This document shows, in pieces, positions 1 to 3,932 of a stretch of DNA of 5,242 nt. The notes under the pieces were generated by a model. It saw nothing but the letters and a program-made list of their open reading frames with translations. It had not been told where the DNA came from and did no database searches. The stretch is from Candidatus Woesearchaeota archaeon. GTDB lineage: Archaea > Nanobdellota > Nanobdellia > Nanobdellales > Nanobdellaceae. A program made the position numbers and the translations under genes. Location: positions 1 to 5,242 of the forward strand of contig CAYXSZ010000064.1 of assembly GCA_964468425.1 (NCBI GenBank). Direction: 5' to 3'. Each line of letters starts with the position of its first letter. Position 1 is the stretch's first letter.

Positions 1-8
1 ACGTCAAG

Positions 9-14
9 TATTTA
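9..14 (+). promoter_or_regulatory. Candidate TATA box (TATTTA) for the AOR-family gene, implying a leaderless or near-leaderless mRNA
   Basis: TATTTA at 9-14 is centred about 26 nt upstream of ATG38, the usual archaeal TATA-to-TSS spacing. No Shine-Dalgarno-like GGAGG lies between it and the ATG. Motif-only call at the window edge. Confidence 0.25.
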
Positions 15-37
15 GTACTTAACTTCCTATAGTTTTT

Positions 38-1684
38 ATGAGAGTTTTGTTCATTGACGTTGGAAACAAAACGTTTAGAGTCGAAGAAATAGAGCGCGAA
101 GACATTCTCGGACCGTTAGATCTCGGAGTCTATCTCCATAAGGATGTCTACAAGAGTTATGAAAAGGATGTATACGATCCTTCAAACGTTGTAATTGTTG
201 GAACAGGTCCTCTGAACTACCCAGGCGCTCAAAGGGGTGTTATAGTATTTAGAAGCCCCATTCACGGAGGAATTCACTCTTCAGTCATCGGAGACCTCGG
301 AGAGTACCTTAAAAGAGCCGGATACGATGCGATAGTCATCGAAGGAAAGGCTGAGACCGAGACTTTAATTTTCATTTACGACAGCGAGATTGATTTCTAT
401 GAAGAGAGTCTCCCAGAAAACATTTTCGAAAAGGAAAAGGAACTTTACGAGCGTTTTTCGAACTACAAGAACATAAGAGCGCTCCTTACCGGGAAAGCAG
501 CAGTAACTGACTATGCTTGCTTAGTTTCCTCAAAGCCTGGAAGAATTGGAGAAATTCCTTGTGTGGCTGGAAGAGGTGGAGCGGGATCTGTACTATACAA
601 GGCTCACAATGTAGTCGGACTTGTAGTTGGTGGGTCTAAAGATATTTCGATTCAAGAGTACGATGTAAAAAAAATTTTGGAATCCACCAAAAAATATAGA
701 GAAAGCGGAACTTTCTACGCTAATTATCCACACTTAAAAGACAAGATTGTTGCTCTTAACTGGCAGATTTCTTGTCAGAACAAGGAAAAGCGACTGGAGT
801 TCTACGAAAAATTTGTAGAGGGTGTTCTCTTGAAGGATTATACATTCTCTTCAGACACTTGTGGCGAGAGATGTCCTGTGGCGTGCAAGAAGATCGAGGA
901 CGGTGTAAAACTCGATTACGAACCAGTTAACGGTTTAGGACCCTTCATAGGAATTTTCGACAGGGAAAAAATCAGAGAGCTAGTTCACTTAGCAGATTCA
1001 TACGGATTTGACGCGATCTACTTGGGACACGTATTGGGAACGCTGATGGAAGCTCTTTCTAAAGGTTTACTCGACATAGATGTGGAAAAACCCGTTCTCG
1101 AGTTTGATAAATACGAAAAAGACTTTTCAGAAACGAATTATAAGGTTGCTAAGAAACTAATTGAAAAGCTCATTAGTGGAGAACTTCCTGGAAGTCGAAT
1201 TAGAAAACTTGCAGAACGATTGGGAATAAAGGATCTCGCGTTTTATGTTCCCATCGGCTCAGAATACGATATGACGCCAAACTTCTACTGGACATTAGGC
1301 TTAATTCTTCCGATTGCAATGTTCGGAAAGTATTATTCGGATTATCATACAACTGTAAAAGATCCGGAGGAGTACGCAAAGATTTGCGCAGAAAGAACCG
1401 TTATGGAATACCTCTTAGACAACTTAGGGATTTGTAGATTTCACAGAGCTTGGGTGGAGTCAGAGATCATAAGCGATACTCAAAAAGAAATAGCTAAAAA
1501 GAGAATAAAAGATTTATTAGAATACAGAAAGCTAGCCGGAGCCGAACCTATATTCTGGGAATCTAAGAGAGTTTTAGATGTAGTTACAAAATTATTTGAG
1601 GAGGATGGAAGCGAATGGGCTAACAAAGTTGAAGAGTACTGGAATAAATGGAAGGAAGCTTATAACTCTTTCTTTTTTGACTAA
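38..1684 (+). CDS. Aldehyde:ferredoxin oxidoreductase (AOR) family tungsto-/molybdopterin [4Fe-4S] oxidoreductase, short divergent member (548 aa); substrate unknown
   Basis: Complete ORF ATG38 to TAA1682-1684. Several blocks align from memory to P. furiosus AOR: 'VIVGTGPLNYPGAQRG..FRSPIHGG' (cf. 'IIAAGPLTGT..GGRY..TKSPLTG'), 'AGYDAIVIEGKAE' (cf. 'AGYDAIVVEGKAE'), 'VAGRGGAGSV' (cf. 'AAGRGGVGAV'), 'SYGFDAIY' (cf. 'ELGLDTIS') and 'DNLGICRF' (cf. 'DSAGLCLF', which holds the fourth cluster Cys). The Cys cluster 'CGERCPVAC' is at nt 860-886. Confidence 0.85.
   Translation: MRVLFIDVGNKTFRVEEIEREDILGPLDLGVYLHKDVYKSYEKDVYDPSNVVIVGTGPLNYPGAQRGVIVFRSPIHGGIHSSVIGDLGEYLKRAGYDAIVIEGKAETETLIFIYDSEIDFYEESLPENIFEKEKELYERFSNYKNIRALLTGKAAVTDYACLVSSKPGRIGEIPCVAGRGGAGSVLYKAHNVVGLVVGGSKDISIQEYDVKKILESTKKYRESGTFYANYPHLKDKIVALNWQISCQNKEKRLEFYEKFVEGVLLKDYTFSSDTCGERCPVACKKIEDGVKLDYEPVNGLGPFIGIFDREKIRELVHLADSYGFDAIYLGHVLGTLMEALSKGLLDIDVEKPVLEFDKYEKDFSETNYKVAKKLIEKLISGELPGSRIRKLAERLGIKDLAFYVPIGSEYDMTPNFYWTLGLILPIAMFGKYYSDYHTTVKDPEEYAKICAERTVMEYLLDNLGICRFHRAWVESEIISDTQKEIAKKRIKDLLEYRKLAGAEPIFWESKRVLDVVTKLFEEDGSEWANKVEEYWNKWKEAYNSFFFD
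1651..1666 (+). promoter_or_regulatory. Candidate BRE/TATA (GAAGGAAGC-TTATAA) for the tRNA-Leu gene, embedded in the 3' end of the AOR CDS
   Basis: TTATAA at 1660-1665 is preceded by a purine-rich stretch at 1651-1659. It is centred about 29 nt upstream of tRNA position 1 (1692), which predicts a TSS a few nt before the mature 5' end. Motif-only call. Confidence 0.3.
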
Positions 1685-1691
1685 TATATTT

Positions 1692-1775
1692 GGGCCCGTG
1701 TCCGAGCGGCCAAAGGAGCCGGGTTCAGGTCCCGGTGGGTTAGTCCCGTCCGGGGTTCGAATCCCCGCGGGCCCA
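1692..1775 (+). tRNA. tRNA-Leu, anticodon CAG (class II, long variable arm), no intron, CCA not encoded
   Basis: Hand-folded cloverleaf. Acceptor GGGCCCG (1692-1698) pairs with CGGGCCC (1768-1774). D stem is TCC/GGA with loop GAGCGGCCAAA. Anticodon stem CCGGG (1719-1723) pairs with CCCGG (1731-1735), loop TTCAGGT, anticodon CAG at 1726-1728. Variable arm is 1736-1750 (GGG-TTAGT-CCC stem-loop). T arm is CGGGG-TTCGAAT-CCCCG (1751-1767). Discriminator is A1775. The next bases are GTT, so there is no genomic CCA. Confidence 0.93.
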
Positions 1776-1776
1776 G

Positions 1777-2229
1777 TTATTTACAATTCTCAACATAAAT
1801 GTGAGTAGAAGTCTTATTGATCCCTATACACCCTTCTCTCTCGATGACAACTTTTCCAAAGAACTTATTACTCGTGGAGAGATTGTACTTCCACAAGCTA
1901 CCGATTTTTTGAATAGAAACGTCCACAAACTGCGAGGAAAAATTGTAATATGCAGAACTTATAGTAACTGCGTAAATACTCCCGTTGTTCAGGTAAAGAG
2001 TAGACCCTGGAGGAACCTTAATCTTCACCTCTCTATAGCAATTAATACAAGTTTTTACTTCATTTATAGAACTGTTTAAGGCGATCAAGAGGTTCTCGAG
2101 CGAAGCGAGGGTCACCTTGAGTTTATTTAAAGCGAGATAAGAATTAACAGCGTAAAGAATTATCGAAAGAGCTGTAATAGCAAATAAAAGATACATTAAG
2201 TACCCTATCCAAACCGCAACCGCTCTCAT
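1777..2229 (-). CDS. Hypothetical 150-aa membrane-anchored or secreted protein with type-IV-pilin-like architecture (orphan)
   Basis: This is the distal part of the 293-aa minus-strand ORF, taken from ATG at 2229-2227 (MRAVAV...) to TAA (complement of 1777-1779). It starts in the only non-coding gap before the methyltransferase gene. The N-terminus is 'MRA' followed by a 25-residue hydrophobic helix 'VAVWIGYLMYLLFAITALSIILYAV', then an amphipathic helix-like stretch, then an S/N/Y/I-rich beta-like domain. That domain has 4 Cys (C61, C64, C134, C149) and 5 N-x-S/T sequons. I recognise no homolog, and an antisense ORF (1801-2079 +) is a weaker alternative. Confidence 0.55.
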   Translation of the reverse strand: MRAVAVWIGYLMYLLFAITALSIILYAVNSYLALNKLKVTLASLENLLIALNSSINEVKTCINCYREVKIKVPPGSTLYLNNGSIYAVTISSAYYNFSSQFVDVSIQKIGSLWKYNLSTSNKFFGKVVIEREGCIGINKTSTHIYVENCK

Positions 2230-2278
2230 GAAATTATATAAAGCATAACCTCTTAACCATTTTTTCCATTTATATTTC
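2230..2278. promoter_or_regulatory. 49-bp divergent intergenic region with two TATA-like boxes (TTATATAA 2234-2241; TTTATATT 2269-2276)
   Basis: This is the only spacer between the minus-strand ATG (2229) and the plus-strand GTG (2279). Each A/T box sits about 38-45 nt from the start codon of the gene it would drive on the far side, giving predicted leaders of about 15 nt. Motif-only call. Confidence 0.35.
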
Positions 2279-3448
2279 GTGAAGGTGTTGGTAACGACAA
2301 ACCGCGGATTCGAAGACGCTTGCGCAAGCGAAATAAAAATGCTAACAGGAAAGGAAAGCGAGATAAGACCTTTTGGAGTCTTAGGTAGAGTAATGTTTGA
2401 AGTAAAAAACTTAGAAGAAGCTGCAGAGTTCACGTATCTCACAAGAACCGCAAATAGAGTTGTTCTTTTCTTAAAACACTTTAAAGCGCCTAGAACTAAA
2501 GAAGGACTAGAAAAAATATATGGAGAGCTTAAGGATATGGATTGGGAATTTATGAACGAGAACATAACGTTTGCGGTAAGATCTAAAAGGATGGGAGTCC
2601 ACGAATACAATTCAATGGATATTATGCGTGTAGCAGGGCAAGCCATCATAGATTCCATTCAAGAAAGAAAGAAGTATCGTCAAAAAGTAAATCTAGACGA
2701 ACCCGATGTAGTTATTCGAGTGGATGCTGTTGGAGAAGATTTTTTTGTTGGAATAGACTTAGTAGGCGAGAAGGGACTGCACAAAAGAGGTTACAAAGTT
2801 TACAACCATCCAGCATCCTTAAAACCCACGATTGCGCAGAGTTTAATAATCTTGTCTGAATGGTGTGAAAACAAAGTTTTGTTAGATCCAATGTGCGGGT
2901 CGGGAACAATACCAATCGAAGCTGGTTTATTTGCAAGAAACATACCAGGTTCCTTTTGGAGGAAAAAGGATTTAGCCCTAACTAAGCTAGAAATAGGAAT
3001 AGATTGGTTTGAGTTCTTCAGAAACATCGATGAAAAGTTCATTCGGGATTCGGATGCAAGAATTATAGCTTCCGATAAGCTAGTCAGACACGTAAAGGGA
3101 GCAGAGATCAACGCGCAAAGAGCTCTTGTCAAGGATCTTATACAATTTCGCAGGATAGATCTCGAGTGGCTCGATCTCAAGATCGGCGAAAAGAACGTTG
3201 ATTATATAATCACGAACCCTCCGTACGGAGTTAGAATGTCCTATAAGGAAGAACTACAAAAAATCTATAAGTACTTGTTTTATCAAGCGGAGTATATATT
3301 GAATGATCAAGGGAAGATTGTTTTGATCACTACTCAAAAGAAGCTAACGCTTAAGTATGCTGAAAAATACAAGTTCTCCTTGGTTCACGAGCGAAAAGTT
3401 TGGAACGGAAACTTAGAGGCATTCGTCTTTATATTTACCAAGGAATGA
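2279..3448 (+). CDS. trm14: THUMP-domain SAM-dependent RNA (guanine-N2) methyltransferase, Trm14/TrmN (COG0116)-like, 389 aa
   Basis: ORF from GTG2279 to TGA3446-3448. The N-terminus 'KVLVTTNRGFEDACASEI' is typical of the ferredoxin-like/THUMP module. SAM motif I is 'LDPMCGSGTIPIEAG'. The catalytic motif IV 'ITNPPYGVRM' (NPPY) marks exocyclic-amine methylation. Length and domain order match archaeal Trm14 (m2G6) and bacterial TrmN/RlmL rather than the shorter Trm11. The target nucleotide is inferred, not shown. Confidence 0.8.
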   Translation: MKVLVTTNRGFEDACASEIKMLTGKESEIRPFGVLGRVMFEVKNLEEAAEFTYLTRTANRVVLFLKHFKAPRTKEGLEKIYGELKDMDWEFMNENITFAVRSKRMGVHEYNSMDIMRVAGQAIIDSIQERKKYRQKVNLDEPDVVIRVDAVGEDFFVGIDLVGEKGLHKRGYKVYNHPASLKPTIAQSLIILSEWCENKVLLDPMCGSGTIPIEAGLFARNIPGSFWRKKDLALTKLEIGIDWFEFFRNIDEKFIRDSDARIIASDKLVRHVKGAEINAQRALVKDLIQFRRIDLEWLDLKIGEKNVDYIITNPPYGVRMSYKEELQKIYKYLFYQAEYILNDQGKIVLITTQKKLTLKYAEKYKFSLVHERKVWNGNLEAFVFIFTKE

Positions 3449-3463
3449 TTTTTATGATTTTTC
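3446..3463 (+). terminator. Tandem T5 tracts (TGATTTTTA TGATTTTTC): likely archaeal oligo-T terminator for the methyltransferase gene, possibly also the A/T-rich promoter core for the next gene
   Basis: The 8-mer TGATTTTT occurs at 3446-3453 and again at 3455-3462, starting on the stop codon. Archaeal RNA polymerase terminates at T runs of 5 or more. A TATA-like TTTATATT lies at 3428-3435, about 35-40 nt before ATG3470. Confidence 0.35.
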
Positions 3464-3469
3464 ATAACG

Positions 3470-3652
3470 ATGAAAATAATGGATATCCGCGAAGTTCCAA
3501 AAAGCACAACGACAAAGACTATGCTAGTGGTAGAAAAAGGAGTCAAGTTCGTTTGTCCTAACTGCGGTAAAGGAACAATAATTAGAACGAATAAAGAGAG
3601 AAAAATGGGTGTTAAGTGGGTGTGTCCATCTTGCGGATTCGAAGGACCGTAG
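3470..3652 (+). CDS. Small Zn-ribbon protein (60 aa) of the COG2888 type ('Zn-ribbon RNA-binding protein involved in translation')
   Basis: ORF ATG3470 to TAG3650-3652, with ATG3479 as an alternative start. It has two CPxCG knuckles, 'CPNCG' and 'CPSCGFEGP', and the C-terminal 'CPxCGFxGP' ending characteristic of this family. It sits directly upstream of aEF-1beta, the conserved neighbourhood for the family. Confidence 0.8.
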   Translation: MKIMDIREVPKSTTTKTMLVVEKGVKFVCPNCGKGTIIRTNKERKMGVKWVCPSCGFEGP

Positions 3653-3656
3653 GACG

Positions 3657-3932
3657 ATGGGAAAGGTAATCATTACCCTTAGAATTTATCCAGAAGAAGT
3701 GGATACAGATCTCGCAAGAATAGTGGAAGAAGCCAAGAAAATAATCTCCGAGTTCGAAGGAGAGTACTGGAAGCACGAAGAAGTGCCTATAGCTTTCGGT
3801 TTAAAGGCTCTAGACGTAAAGTTTACCTATCCAGACAAGGAGTTTGAAGAGGAAAAGTTCTTGGAAAAAATTAAGCAAATAGAAGGTGTAAGCGACGCCG
3901 AAGTAACGGGAGTCACTCTTTCATCTATTTAA
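3657..3932 (+). CDS. ef1b: Translation elongation factor aEF-1beta (91 aa)
   Basis: ATG3657 to TAA3930-3932. The size is typical at about 90 aa. The N-terminal strand is 'VIITLRIYPEEVDTDL', the core is 'EEVPIAFGLKAL', and the C-terminus is 'EGVSDAEVTGVT', matching the archaeal EF-1beta pattern (cf. Pyrococcus '..EREPIAFGLVALK....VESAEVETVSRI'). The 107-aa version in the track, starting at GTG3609, overlaps the Zn-ribbon gene and is not needed. Confidence 0.9.
   Translation: MGKVIITLRIYPEEVDTDLARIVEEAKKIISEFEGEYWKHEEVPIAFGLKALDVKFTYPDKEFEEEKFLEKIKQIEGVSDAEVTGVTLSSI

Noticed and set aside
1683-1690. AATATATT as the TATA box of the tRNA gene
   Set aside because: It is only 2-9 nt from the mature tRNA 5' end, whereas archaeal TATA boxes sit about 26 nt upstream of the TSS. 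It more likely is just the AT-rich spacer or leader.
1596-1808. 70-aa plus-strand ORF from the track
   Set aside because: It overlaps the 3' end of the AOR CDS out of frame and reads straight through the tRNA-Leu gene. The G/P/S-rich peptide is just the translated GC-rich tRNA.
1801-2079. 92-aa plus-strand ORF (GTG start) antisense to the pilin-like ORF
   Set aside because: It is shorter, needs a GTG start, and would leave about 200 bp (2080-2278) non-coding in an otherwise compact region. It has no recognisable features, whereas the minus-strand frame has a TM helix, sequons and an ATG at the promoter gap. It is not excluded, so the minus-strand CDS gets only moderate confidence.
1692-2278. 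tRNA-Leu as an attachment site with the adjacent orphan gene as the edge of an integrated element
   Set aside because: I found no second copy of the tRNA 3' half in the window; the best match is the 7-mer GGTTCGA at about 3951. There is no integrase gene, and the orphan gene's GC (about 40 % in a counted line) matches its surroundings. An att repeat outside the window cannot be excluded.
2230-2658. N-terminal 143 aa of the 293-aa minus-strand ORF (1777-2658)
   Set aside because: This part is fully antisense to the well-supported methyltransferase CDS and has the S/F/L-rich shadow composition expected opposite a K/E-rich gene. Only the part from ATG2229 downward lies in otherwise non-coding space, so only that part is called.
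2712-3180. Two minus-strand ORFs (2712-2936 and 2800-3180)
   Set aside because: Both are antisense shadows inside the methyltransferase CDS, overlap each other in different frames, and have no motifs.
3146-3182. Imperfect inverted repeat AGATCTCGAG..CTCGATCT
   Set aside because: It lies inside the methyltransferase CDS (RIDLEWLDLKI), is short and imperfect, and is explained by repeated Leu-Asp/Leu-Glu codons. CTCGAG recurs by chance several times in the window.
3609-3656. Extended aEF-1beta start at GTG3609 (the 107-aa version)
   Set aside because: It would overlap the Zn-ribbon CDS by 44 nt and add 16 residues not expected in aEF-1beta, which is about 90 aa. ATG3657, 4 nt after the upstream stop, gives the canonical length.
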